This document shows positions 27,359 through 35,777 of a stretch of DNA of 64,000 bases, one piece after another; position 1 is the first letter of the stretch, and the number at the start of each line of letters is the position of its first letter. The notes beneath the pieces were generated by a model, which was not told where the DNA came from, ran no database searches, and worked only from the letters and a program-made list of their open reading frames with translations. The translations under genes and the position numbers were made by a program. The stretch is from Anaerolineae bacterium (GTDB lineage Bacteria; Chloroflexota; Anaerolineae; 4572-78; NAK82). The stretch lies in NCBI GenBank assembly GCA_036172345.1, contig JASFBB010000180.1:13946-77945 (forward strand), written 5' to 3'.

Positions 27359-29116
27359 ATGATCGAGATCAAACATCCAGTACCGAGCGACATCGAAATT
27401 GCCCAAGCGGCTATCCTGCGGCCCATCAAGGAGGTGGCAGAGTCGATCGGCCTGAGCGAGGATGACCTGGATTACTACGGCAAGTATAAGGCCAAGATCC
27501 ACCTGGACGTGCTTGAGAAGTTCAAGGATCGTCCTCAGGGGAAGTACATCGACGTGACAGCTATCACTCCGACGCCCTTGGGTGAGGGGAAGACGACCAC
27601 CACGGTGGGCCTCAGTCAAGCGCTGGGTGCGCACCTGGGCAAGAACGTCATCACGTGCATCCGCCAGCCTTCGCAGGGCCCCACTTTTGGCATCAAGGGA
27701 GGCGCTGCGGGTGGCGGCTACAGCCAGATCGTCCCAATGGAAGATTTCAACTTGCACTTAACCGGTGACATCCACGCGGTGGCAGCGGCAAACAATCTGT
27801 TGGCGGCGGCCATCGACGCGCGCATGCTGCACGAGCGCAACCTGGGCGAGCGCTTCAAGGAAGTCACAGGCCTTGATCCGTTGCGCATCAATCCCTATAC
27901 CATCACCTGGAACCGAGTGGTGGACATTAACGACAGTGCGTTGCGCAAGATCGTGATCGGCCTGGGCGCCCGCAACGATGGCGTGCCGCGCGAAGCGGGC
28001 TTCGACATCGCCGTTGCCAGTGAGGTGATGGCGATCCTGGCGCTCACCACGGGTCTGAAAGACCTGCGTCAACGGTTAGGGCGCATCGTAGTCGCCCAGA
28101 ATGTGGCCGGTGAGCCGGTGACAGCAGAGCAGCTGGGCGTGGCGGGCGCTATGACGGTGTTGTTGAAGGACGCCATCATGCCCAACCTGATGCAGACGCT
28201 GGAAGGCACGCCAGCGATGGTGCACGCGGGTCCTTTCGCCAACATCGCGCACGGCAATAGCAGCATCATCGCCGATCAGATCGCCGTCAAGCTGGCCGAT
28301 TATGTGGTGACCGAGTCCGGGTTCGGTGCGGATGTCGGGATGGAGAAGTTCTTCAACATCAAGTGTCGCTATTCGGGATTGATCCCCAATGCAGTGGTGC
28401 TTGTGGCCACCGTCCGCGCGCTCAAAATGCATGGTGGCGGTCCAAGGGTCATCCCCGGGCGGCCGCTCGATCCCGCTTACACGGAGGAGAATCTACCACT
28501 TCTGGAAAAGGGCTGCGCTAACCTTGTCAAGAACATTCAGATTGTCAAGCTGTTCGGCATCCCAGTGGTGGTGGCCATCAATCGTTTCAAGTACGACACC
28601 GAAGCCGAGCTGCAGCTGGTCAGGCGCATTGCTGAGGAGGCGGGCGCTTATGCCGCAGTGCCATCCGACCATTGGGCCAACGGCGGCGCTGGTGCTATCG
28701 AGCTGGCCGAGGCGGTCATCTCGGCATGCGACCGGCCGAATCACTTTGATTTTCTCTACCCGCTGGACTGGCCGATCAAGAAGAAGATCGAAACCATTGC
28801 CACCAAGGTGTACGGCGCGGATGGAGTGGATTACACACCGCTGGCCAACCAGCAGATCGAGGCGTATGAAAAGGCGGGCTTCGGCAACCTGCCCATCTGC
28901 ATGGCCAAGACCCACCTGAGCCTCAGCCACGACCCGAACCTGAAAGGCGTGCCGACCGGCTTCACGCTGCCGGTGCGCGAGGTGCGTGCCAGCGTCGGGG
29001 CCGGATTCATTTATCCGTTGTGCGGTGAGATGCGCACGATGCCCGGCTTGCCCTCGCGTCCAGTTTTTATGCAGGTGGATTTGGCCGAGGATGGCCGCGT
29101 GGTGGGGCTGTTCTGA
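27359..29116 (+). CDS. fhs: Formate--tetrahydrofolate ligase
   Basis: ATG at 27359 with RBS GGGAGAGG ([18 protein letters not shown]...). [16 protein letters not shown]-loop; full-length FTHFS architecture. The ORF-track start at 27203 adds 52 non-homologous residues. Confidence 0.9.
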   Translation: MIEIKHPVPSDIEIAQAAILRPIKEVAESIGLSEDDLDYYGKYKAKIHLDVLEKFKDRPQGKYIDVTAITPTPLGEGKTTTTVGLSQALGAHLGKNVITCIRQPSQGPTFGIKGGAAGGGYSQIVPMEDFNLHLTGDIHAVAAANNLLAAAIDARMLHERNLGERFKEVTGLDPLRINPYTITWNRVVDINDSALRKIVIGLGARNDGVPREAGFDIAVASEVMAILALTTGLKDLRQRLGRIVVAQNVAGEPVTAEQLGVAGAMTVLLKDAIMPNLMQTLEGTPAMVHAGPFANIAHGNSSIIADQIAVKLADYVVTESGFGADVGMEKFFNIKCRYSGLIPNAVVLVATVRALKMHGGGPRVIPGRPLDPAYTEENLPLLEKGCANLVKNIQIVKLFGIPVVVAINRFKYDTEAELQLVRRIAEEAGAYAAVPSDHWANGGAGAIELAEAVISACDRPNHFDFLYPLDWPIKKKIETIATKVYGADGVDYTPLANQQIEAYEKAGFGNLPICMAKTHLSLSHDPNLKGVPTGFTLPVREVRASVGAGFIYPLCGEMRTMPGLPSRPVFMQVDLAEDGRVVGLF

Positions 29117-29153
29117 GCCCAACCGGGTGTGACATAAAACAGGGAAAGACGCA

Positions 29154-29215
29154 CTGCCGGGATGAGGAGGGGAATGGGAGACGTAAGATGTCTCACCCCC
29201 CTCAGATCCCGGCAG
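29154..29215. other. Long nested hairpin between fhs and the mevalonate kinase gene
   Basis: CTGCCGGGAT (29154-29163) pairs with ATCCCGGCAG (29206-29215). Inside are GGGG/CCCC and GAGAC-gtaagat-GTCTC pairings. Followed by aaatttct, 20 nt before the ATG at 29235. Confidence 0.4.
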
Positions 29216-29234
29216 AAATTTCTAGGGGACTGTC

Positions 29235-30218
29235 ATGTGGGAAGGCAAGGCACCCGGTAAGGTGATCTTGCTGGGTGAGCACGCCGTGGTGTACGGGCGA
29301 CCCGCCATTGCGGTGCCGGTGAGCGGGGTGGAGGCGCGCGTCACGGTAAGGCCCGGTGAGCGGGGCAGCGGCGTATGGCTCGAGTGTTGCGATCTGCCTG
29401 CCGCCGCGGAGGGCAAAGAAAGATCGCATTATCCCTTGCGCGAGGCTCCGGCTGGTGACCCGTTGCGCGTGGCGGTTCTTCTTGGGCTGACGCATATAGG
29501 AATTGCCCCATCTCTGGAGCCAGACTTGGTGATTACCATCTCCTCGACCATTCCCATCGCGCGTGGTCTGGGCAGTGGTGCAGCGGTAACAACGGCGCTC
29601 CTGCGAGCGCTGGCGGCCTATTTCAATCACCCCCTTTCACTGGAAGAGACCTCGCATCTGGTGTATGAGGTGGAAAAACTCTTCCACGGAACCCCCAGCG
29701 GCATTGACAACACGGTGATCGCCTATCAGCAGCCTGTCTATTTTGTGCGCGGTGAACCTGTCGAGCTGTTGGAGGTGGGCAGGCCGTTTCATTTGGTGAT
29801 TGCCGATACCGGTGTGGCCAGTGTAACGCGTCAGGTGGTTGGTGAAGTGCGTCAACGCTGGCAGGTTGAGCGCACCCACTGTGAGACCTTGTTTGATGCC
29901 ATTGGCGCGATTGTCCGTGTGGCCAGGGACTCGATCCTGAGGGGGGAGTGGCGTGCCCTTGGTCCATTGATGAACGAGAATCAGGCTTTGTTGGAGGAAC
30001 TAGGTGTCTCGTCTCCGGCGTTAGATAGATTGCTGACAACTGCGCGTTCTGCGGGAGCACTGGGAGCTAAACTCTCCGGCGCCGGACGAGGTGGTTTTAT
30101 AATCGCTCTGGTGGAAGAAGAGGGTATAGTGCCTGTGACCGAAGCACTGGAACGAGCTGGCGCCGCTCAGGTGTTGTCAACGTGTGTAACGTCTCCTTCC
30201 ACGCCTGATCCCAGATGA
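29235..30218 (+). CDS. mvk: Mevalonate kinase (GHMP kinase family)
   Basis: 327 aa. APGKVILLGEHAVVYG N-terminal motif, GHMP ATP-binding motif PIARGLGSGAAVTTAL, C-terminal GAKLSGAGRGG. Confidence 0.85.
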   Translation: MWEGKAPGKVILLGEHAVVYGRPAIAVPVSGVEARVTVRPGERGSGVWLECCDLPAAAEGKERSHYPLREAPAGDPLRVAVLLGLTHIGIAPSLEPDLVITISSTIPIARGLGSGAAVTTALLRALAAYFNHPLSLEETSHLVYEVEKLFHGTPSGIDNTVIAYQQPVYFVRGEPVELLEVGRPFHLVIADTGVASVTRQVVGEVRQRWQVERTHCETLFDAIGAIVRVARDSILRGEWRALGPLMNENQALLEELGVSSPALDRLLTTARSAGALGAKLSGAGRGGFIIALVEEEGIVPVTEALERAGAAQVLSTCVTSPSTPDPR

Positions 30219-30306
30219 AAGGAACCCGAAGCAAGCGCACCTACTCACCTCTCAACGGCACTTGGTGTGGACTCGAAGGGGGAGCTCGCACTTGGCGGTA
30301 GGATGG

Positions 30307-30717
30307 TTATTGTCTCAAAATTTGCTGGAGCTGTTGTGCTGCACGTGGGACAATGTGAAAAGCGATACCCGGCTTCGCTTCTTTCTCCAGCACGACCGCT
30401 AGGGCCACCTCGGGGTTGACCGGAAGCACGATGACGCTGCCCCGACAGCCTTCGATCAGAAGCCGCTCGGCTGTGCCGTCGCTCAATCCCAGCCGTGCCA
30501 GGGTGCGTTCGGCCAGCGAGACCATGATGGAAGCCATCGCCGCCACCTGAGAGCTATGGGCCATTTCATTGGCCAGGAATGGATCATCTTCGGGCGGGTA
30601 GGAGGCCACCACTAATCCCTCAATGCTGACCACCACTGCCGCACGCGCTCCATCCAGTGTGTTGCACAGCTGCGCCAACACGCGTTGCAGCCGGTCAACG
30701 CGGTACTCTAATGGCAT
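30307..30717 (-). CDS. Roadblock/LC7 (MglB-like) domain protein
   Basis: Internal ATG at 30717 (MPLEYRVDRLQRVLAQLCNTLDGARAAVVVSIEGLVVAS...GSVIVLPVNPEVALAVVLEKEAKPG). The ATG lies 2 nt after the SDR stop. The ORF-track start at 30810 would overlap the SDR gene by 90 nt. Confidence 0.7.
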   Translation of the reverse strand: MPLEYRVDRLQRVLAQLCNTLDGARAAVVVSIEGLVVASYPPEDDPFLANEMAHSSQVAAMASIMVSLAERTLARLGLSDGTAERLLIEGCRGSVIVLPVNPEVALAVVLEKEAKPGIAFHIVPRAAQQLQQILRQ

Positions 30718-30719
30718 GT

Positions 30720-31529
30720 TCAGCGCATCTCCTGACCACCGGTTACGTTGATCGCTTGGCCCGTCATGTAGCTTGCCGCATCGGATGCAAGGTATACCAG
30801 GATGTTGCATACATCATCATATGTACAGCCACGTCCTAAGGGCACTTGCTCGAGATACTTACGACGCACCTCTTCCTCGCTGATGCCCCACTTTTTGGCA
30901 TACTGGCTGTACAGCGACTCAACCCATAGAGGTGAGTCCAACAGATTGCCGGGACAAATGGCGTTCACCCGCACACCATACTCGGCCATCTCCAATGCCA
31001 AGCTTTGCGTCAAACCGATGCCGCCAAATTTAGAAGCAGCATAGGCGGAATTCTTGTAGCTGCCCTTCTTGCCCGACTTGGAGTTGATCTGGATGATGAT
31101 GCCGCTGCGTTGCTGTTTCATCACGCGGCAGGCATGCTTGGCGCACAGGAAGTAGCCGATGAGGTTCACTCGGATCACAGCCTCCCATTTCTCGGCCGGG
31201 AATTGGTCAATCTCCCCGGTGATCAAGATACCCGCGTTGGCGACAAAGATGTCCAAACGGCCGAACTCCTGCACCGTCCGATCCACCAGGGCAGCCACCT
31301 CATCCTCCTTGGTCACGTCGACGCGCATGGCGATGGCCCGCCGATTAGTGCGCCCTTCTTGTTGGTAATACGCATTGAGCTCAGCAGCTGTTCGCTCCGC
31401 GGTTTCTGTATTGATATCGGCAACCACCACATCACAACCTTCCCGTGCCAGGCGCTGACAAATCGCTTGGCCGAGTCCCTGACCACCTCCGGTCACCACC
31501 GCTACGCGATCCTCTAATGAGATATGCAT
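30720..31529 (-). CDS. Short-chain dehydrogenase/reductase (SDR) family oxidoreductase
   Basis: 269 aa. VTGGGQGLGQAI cofactor motif, NSAYAASKFG (YxxxK) catalytic motif, PGNLLDSPLW. Confidence 0.85.
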   Translation of the reverse strand: MHISLEDRVAVVTGGGQGLGQAICQRLAREGCDVVVADINTETAERTAAELNAYYQQEGRTNRRAIAMRVDVTKEDEVAALVDRTVQEFGRLDIFVANAGILITGEIDQFPAEKWEAVIRVNLIGYFLCAKHACRVMKQQRSGIIIQINSKSGKKGSYKNSAYAASKFGGIGLTQSLALEMAEYGVRVNAICPGNLLDSPLWVESLYSQYAKKWGISEEEVRRKYLEQVPLGRGCTYDDVCNILVYLASDAASYMTGQAINVTGGQEMR

Positions 31530-31710
31530 ACTCCTTGCTCCTCCAGCTCGATCCTTGCGTCGATTGAGGGACTACGTTGCGTATCCCTCGGGGGTCTATG
31601 AAGTTTTTTCAGAAAAGGATATCCGCATCGGTATGGTCTGCGAACCTTGGCGCCTTTGTCTTGCGATGAGAACCTTTTCCCCGGTCGGTTCGCTGAGCAC
31701 CATACATTAC

Positions 31711-31739
31711 ATTCTACATAACCTTCATGCGGGTGACAA
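31711..31739 (-). promoter_or_regulatory. Sigma-70-like promoter candidate for the SDR-Roadblock pair
   Basis: Minus strand: TTGTCA (31739-31734), 17 nt, TAGAAT (31716-31711). Predicts a leader of about 175 nt with several stem-loops. Confidence 0.35.
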
Positions 31740-31833
31740 GCTTTTTTTGTCTCTTTTGACGTAGGATGCCAAAACCCAGGTTGAACCCACGTGACTTGAT
31801 GACACGTGGTGGATCGGGGGTGCTCTTCTCAGC

Positions 31834-33015
31834 TCAGAGGGTGTGTTGTTCCAGTCTGTTGGCAATGGCATGGATGCGCTCCAATAAATTGTGACCCATC
31901 ACCATGTCGACCACAGAAAGGATGATGGGCTGTCGTCCCACCACGGCGAGTAAGTGTTCCAAGTACTCGTATAGCGCGTACTCATCGGTGCGTTCCTCTA
32001 GAAGTGGGGAAGGGATGCCGCCCCAGATCATCGGTTTGCCCTGCCACGCGTTCCATGCTTCGTCGAAGGTGCAGCTGCTCAAGGGGGTCGGCGAGAACGA
32101 CTCGCATACGTCCAGGCCAGTATCTTTCAGCAACTTCAGCAGAGGTTTTACATCCCCATCGGTGTGACTCCCTACCTTTTTGCCCTGATGATGGAGCACA
32201 TCGCAGTAACGCTGATAAGTCGGCAAGCAATATTTTCTGAACAAGGCAGGATTGGTCATCAAGCCATGCAAATTGTCGGGGAATTCTACGTAAAGGACAG
32301 GTAGCTCTGTCAGGTGATGCAGGATATCCATCAATCGTTCGTCCAGCAACTGAAGCAGGCGCTCGATTTGGGAGGGACTGTCATAGAGGGCATAGAAGAG
32401 CGGAACTTCACCCAGATACTCAAGCAACACCTGTTGAAAAGGGATGCGCGGCAACAGAGGGATGACAAACCCAAGGCCCTCCAATCGGTGCTGTTCTTGC
32501 AAGATGGTCTCGTATATGGGCACATATTCCGCGTGTTCCCACATGTATTCCACTACGCGGTAGTCTGCGTCTTCCTTGATGAAATGTTCCTCCAAGTAGG
32601 GTTCGGTGCCACTTTGCACGCCCGACTGGGATAAGCTGTGGCGCGTTTGCAACGATCCCGCCGGCGTCCAATAATGGGTGATTGTTTCCCCTGCCTGATC
32701 CATCTTCACCCAGTCGTGGGAGCCGCAGATCAACTCAACCGATGGTTCATATGCATGGAAGACCTCGTCACCATTGAATGTGACTGTCATCTCGACATGG
32801 CGCAGTCGCCAGCGGAAGGGCACCATGAAGCGCTGCCGTCCCACACCGAGAGCCCGGTGAATCTCCTCCAGCGACATATTGTGAAACTCAGGGGGTATAG
32901 TGCCCGCGCGTTGATGGCAGGCATACCATACATCCAGGCGGGATACAAATGGAATGCGATCGGGAGTCTGTCCGTTCAAAACCTTTAGTATGCGTTCGGT
33001 TGTTGTGGCTGCCAT
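31834..33015 (-). CDS. Uroporphyrinogen-decarboxylase (URO-D)-superfamily protein (MtaA/CmuA-like)
   Basis: 393 aa. N-terminus ERILKVLNGQTPDRIPFV and the C-terminal TIM-barrel region HTDGDVKPLLKLLKDTGLDVCESFSP...IWGGIP resemble URO-D family members. Substrate unknown. Confidence 0.65.
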   Translation of the reverse strand: MAATTTERILKVLNGQTPDRIPFVSRLDVWYACHQRAGTIPPEFHNMSLEEIHRALGVGRQRFMVPFRWRLRHVEMTVTFNGDEVFHAYEPSVELICGSHDWVKMDQAGETITHYWTPAGSLQTRHSLSQSGVQSGTEPYLEEHFIKEDADYRVVEYMWEHAEYVPIYETILQEQHRLEGLGFVIPLLPRIPFQQVLLEYLGEVPLFYALYDSPSQIERLLQLLDERLMDILHHLTELPVLYVEFPDNLHGLMTNPALFRKYCLPTYQRYCDVLHHQGKKVGSHTDGDVKPLLKLLKDTGLDVCESFSPTPLSSCTFDEAWNAWQGKPMIWGGIPSPLLEERTDEYALYEYLEHLLAVVGRQPIILSVVDMVMGHNLLERIHAIANRLEQHTL

Positions 33016-33060
33016 CTCGTTGTCCTATCTTGCAAGAATCGAGACACCCTACGCGCCTGT

Positions 33061-33089
33061 TTGACAGATGCATCGTTTCGTATTAAAAT
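33061..33089 (+). promoter_or_regulatory. Near-consensus sigma-70 promoter for the tRNA-Pro pair
   Basis: TTGACA (33061-33066), exactly 17 nt, TAAAAT (33084-33089), about 38 nt upstream of the first tRNA. Confidence 0.6.
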
Positions 33090-33126
33090 GAAAAATGCTT
33101 CGGGAGGCAAAGCACCGAGAGTATCA

Positions 33127-33201
33127 CGGGAAGTGGCGCAGTTCGGTCAGCGCGCACGGTTCGGGACCGTGAGGTCGCCAGTTCAAATCTGGCCTTCCCG
33201 A
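33127..33201 (+). tRNA. tRNA-Pro (anticodon CGG)
   Basis: Hand-folded cloverleaf, 75 nt. Acceptor CGGGAAG/CTTCCCG, D-stem GCGC/GCGC, anticodon stem CACGG/CCGTG with loop TTCGGGA, T-arm GCCAG-TTCAAAT-CTGGC, discriminator A. CCA is not encoded. Confidence 0.9.
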
Positions 33202-33207
33202 CAGCGT

Positions 33208-33281
33208 CGGGGCGTGGCGCAGTTTGGTAGCGTGCTTGAATGGGGTTCAAGAGGTCCGCGGTTCAAATCCGCGCGCCCCGA
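33208..33281 (+). tRNA. tRNA-Pro (anticodon GGG)
   Basis: Hand-folded cloverleaf, 74 nt. Acceptor CGGGGCG/CGCCCCG, anticodon stem CTTGA/TCAAG with loop ATGGGGT, T-arm CGCGG-TTCAAAT-CCGCG, discriminator A. Begins 6 nt after the first tRNA. Confidence 0.9.
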
Positions 33282-33283
33282 CT

Positions 33284-33325
33284 AAAAAATGGCCCGCCCA
33301 GAGAATCTCTCTGGGCGGTTCTTAT
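33284..33325. terminator. Bidirectional intrinsic terminator (tRNA pair on +, dksA/traR-like gene on -)
   Basis: CCGCCCAGAGA (33294-33304), loop atc, TCTCTGGGCGG (33308-33318): a perfect 11-bp stem. Flanked by AAAAAA on the left (a T-run for the minus strand) and TTCTT on the right. Confidence 0.6.
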
Positions 33326-33342
33326 GTGAGTTAAAAACAGAG

Positions 33343-33720
33343 TCACAGGAGATGATTCTCTTCTGGAGCGGGAGCAGGGCGCGGCTGACGTTCTAGAATT
33401 GTCTTGCACCGAATGCACAGGGTCGCTTCTGGCAATGCTTCCAGGCGCGCCGGATCGATCGGTTCCCCGCAGCGTTCGCAGATACCGTAGCTGCCTTCTT
33501 GCGCGTGACGAAGAGCGTAATCGATCGCTTCTAAGCGATGCTCCATCGTGCTGATGAGTGCAATGACCTTTTCGCGTTCTACCAAATCCGGGTCGCCTTC
33601 ATCAGCATCCGGGTCCACCTCTGTCTTGAGAGTAGCGCGCAATCTCTCAATCTCGGCCAGAAGATGTTCTTTCTCCTGTTGGAGCTTTTCGATATTCCCT
33701 GACTTCTTCACTGCAACCAT
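33343..33720 (-). CDS. DksA/TraR-family C4 zinc-finger protein
   Basis: Internal ATG 33720 (MVAVKKSGNIEKLQQEKEHLLAEIERL...), a coiled-coil region, then CERCGEPIDPARLEALPEATLCIRCK. Confidence 0.75.
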   Translation of the reverse strand: MVAVKKSGNIEKLQQEKEHLLAEIERLRATLKTEVDPDADEGDPDLVEREKVIALISTMEHRLEAIDYALRHAQEGSYGICERCGEPIDPARLEALPEATLCIRCKTILERQPRPAPAPEENHLL

Positions 33721-34120
33721 ATCGCTACCCTTCTTCCTCGAAGCCTGCAATGCAGGATAAGAGCGCCAGACATCGGCATTGATGCTTTCCCAGAACGAAA
33801 CGACTAGAGTGATCGCCCTTCTCACTGAGGATTAAGAATTGGTATAGCAAATCTATATACCACACTTTGAGCAAGATGTCAATCTGGGGTCTGGAAGGAG
33901 CGTCTCTTTCCCGGTGGGGGGTCAAATCTACGTGGGGTTGATTTGTTTGTCAACTCTGGATTCGTCAGGAGGCTTTTCCAAGTCCCCCTCTCAGCTGAGC
34001 GCGCATCGTGGCGGCAATTTCGATTGCTGCCAGAGGCGTGTTATAATGGCGTGGTTATAAGATGAGCTCATCGCAACCTGCAGGAGCAAACCGCGCAGAG
34101 CAGGAGACAATTAGGAGCAG

Positions 34121-34945
34121 ATGAGGATGCGCGTGAGAGAATATCACCGTCCTCGCACGGTAGAAGAAGCGCTGGGATTATTACAAAGCGAAGACGCTGT
34201 GCCACTGGCAGGTGGCCAACAGCTGTTGGCAAAACAGTGGCACGGAGCGAAAGCTGTGGTGGACTTGCAGGCGTTGGGATTGGATCGTATCGAAACGAGG
34301 GGGGAACAACTGAAAATTGGGGCGATGGTGCGCCTGCAGCAGCTGGTGGATACGCCTCACGGATGCACGTTTCTGGCTGAAGCCGCGCACCGCGATGGAC
34401 CGCTCACATATCGCAATGCTGCGACCGTAGGTGGCACGATCGTGACCCATGATCCCCTCTCTTGCTTGTTGCTCAGCTTGCTGGTGCTCGATGCGGAGGT
34501 AGAGGTACAGCGCACCGATGGCGCCAGCGTAGTTGCGTTAGACAAGTTATTGGTCGACCCTGCTCGCTGGTTGCCACGCAATTTGGTCACTGCAGTGACG
34601 GTGACACCACGGACGGTGGGCACTGCGATGGCCATTGTAGCGCGTACCCCGCGCGATCGGCCGCTCGTTGCAGTCACGGCGCAAGTGACGCGACAGGGGG
34701 AACGTTGTGGGGAGGTGCGTGTTGCCTGGGGCGGTGTGGCGCCGTATCCATTACGGGCATACACGGTGGAACAAGCACTCTCCAGTCAAACCTTGGACGA
34801 TGCTAGGATCGAGGCGGCGGTGGCTCAGGCAACAGCCGAGCTGCTGCTGTCTAGCGACTTCCGCGGCAGCGCTGAGTATCGGCGCGCTATGCTCAGTGTG
34901 CTGACGCGGCGTGCTCTATGGGAGGCGTGGTCAAAGGCAGCGTGA
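34121..34945 (+). CDS. FAD-binding (medium, CoxM/XdhB-like) subunit of a xanthine dehydrogenase-family molybdoenzyme
   Basis: 274 aa. YHRPRTVEEALGLLQSEDAVPLAGGQQLL, NAATVGGTI and the C-terminal DFRGSAEYRRAM motif. Confidence 0.8.
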   Translation: MRMRVREYHRPRTVEEALGLLQSEDAVPLAGGQQLLAKQWHGAKAVVDLQALGLDRIETRGEQLKIGAMVRLQQLVDTPHGCTFLAEAAHRDGPLTYRNAATVGGTIVTHDPLSCLLLSLLVLDAEVEVQRTDGASVVALDKLLVDPARWLPRNLVTAVTVTPRTVGTAMAIVARTPRDRPLVAVTAQVTRQGERCGEVRVAWGGVAPYPLRAYTVEQALSSQTLDDARIEAAVAQATAELLLSSDFRGSAEYRRAMLSVLTRRALWEAWSKAA

Positions 34946-34953
34946 ATCTCCCG

Positions 34954-35763
34954 ATGCGTACGCGGGTGTACGGGGTTGACTTCAGCGGTGCGCGTCAGGC
35001 GGGTCGCAAGATATGGGTCACCCAAGCAAGCATCCACAAAGACACCCTGTCCGTCGAGCGATGTGCATCCGCAGCCGCTCTGCTAGGGGTAGCTCCGGAA
35101 CGCGGGATGTGTCTGGGAGCATTATGCACATTGATCGCACGGGAGCAGGAAGCGATCTTCGGGATGGATTTTCCCTTCGGTGTGCCGGCGCAGCTCATTG
35201 AAGCAGCCAGCTGGGAGGAATTCGTGCGCCGCTTCCCCGAGCGGTATGCGACGCCGCAACATTTTCGATCCGCCTGCTATGCAGCAATGGGGGGACGCGA
35301 AATAAAGCGGTTGACCGATCGCGAGAATGGCACTCCATGGGCCAGCTACAATTTGCGATTGTACCGCCAGACGTTCTATGGCATCTCCGCTGTGTTGGCG
35401 CCACTGGTGACCCAAGAATCCGTCTCCGTGTTGCCAATGCAGAGCGCCCGAGCCGATCGTGCATGGCTGATCGAGATCTGTCCCGCTGCGACACTTAAGC
35501 GTCACGGTTTGTATATGCCCTATAAGGGAAAGGAAGCACATCACCGTCGTGCACGTCGCGCTATCTTGGAAGCTGTTCGATACTTGGCAGCGCTGCGATC
35601 CATTGATGCCACTCTGCAGGACGTGATCATAGAGGAGAGGGACGGAAACGCCTTGGACAGCTTGGTGGCTGCTTGGGCAACCTGGCGTGCGCTACAACAG
35701 TCTGCCGAGTTAGAAGGAGCATCTCATCCTTTGTACACTCTTGAGGGGTACGTGTATAGCTGA
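34954..35763 (+). CDS. DUF429-like (predicted RNase H-fold) protein embedded in the molybdoenzyme operon
   Basis: Internal ATG (MRTRVYGVDFSGARQAGRKIWV...). LIEICPAATLKRHGLYMPYKGKEAHHRRARRAIL and DGNALDSLVAAWATWRA match my recollection of DUF429. It is not an XdhC/CoxI-type chaperone. Starts 9 nt after the FAD-subunit stop. Confidence 0.5.
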   Translation: MRTRVYGVDFSGARQAGRKIWVTQASIHKDTLSVERCASAAALLGVAPERGMCLGALCTLIAREQEAIFGMDFPFGVPAQLIEAASWEEFVRRFPERYATPQHFRSACYAAMGGREIKRLTDRENGTPWASYNLRLYRQTFYGISAVLAPLVTQESVSVLPMQSARADRAWLIEICPAATLKRHGLYMPYKGKEAHHRRARRAILEAVRYLAALRSIDATLQDVIIEERDGNALDSLVAAWATWRALQQSAELEGASHPLYTLEGYVYS

Positions 35764-35777
35764 CCTTGTAATGTGCT

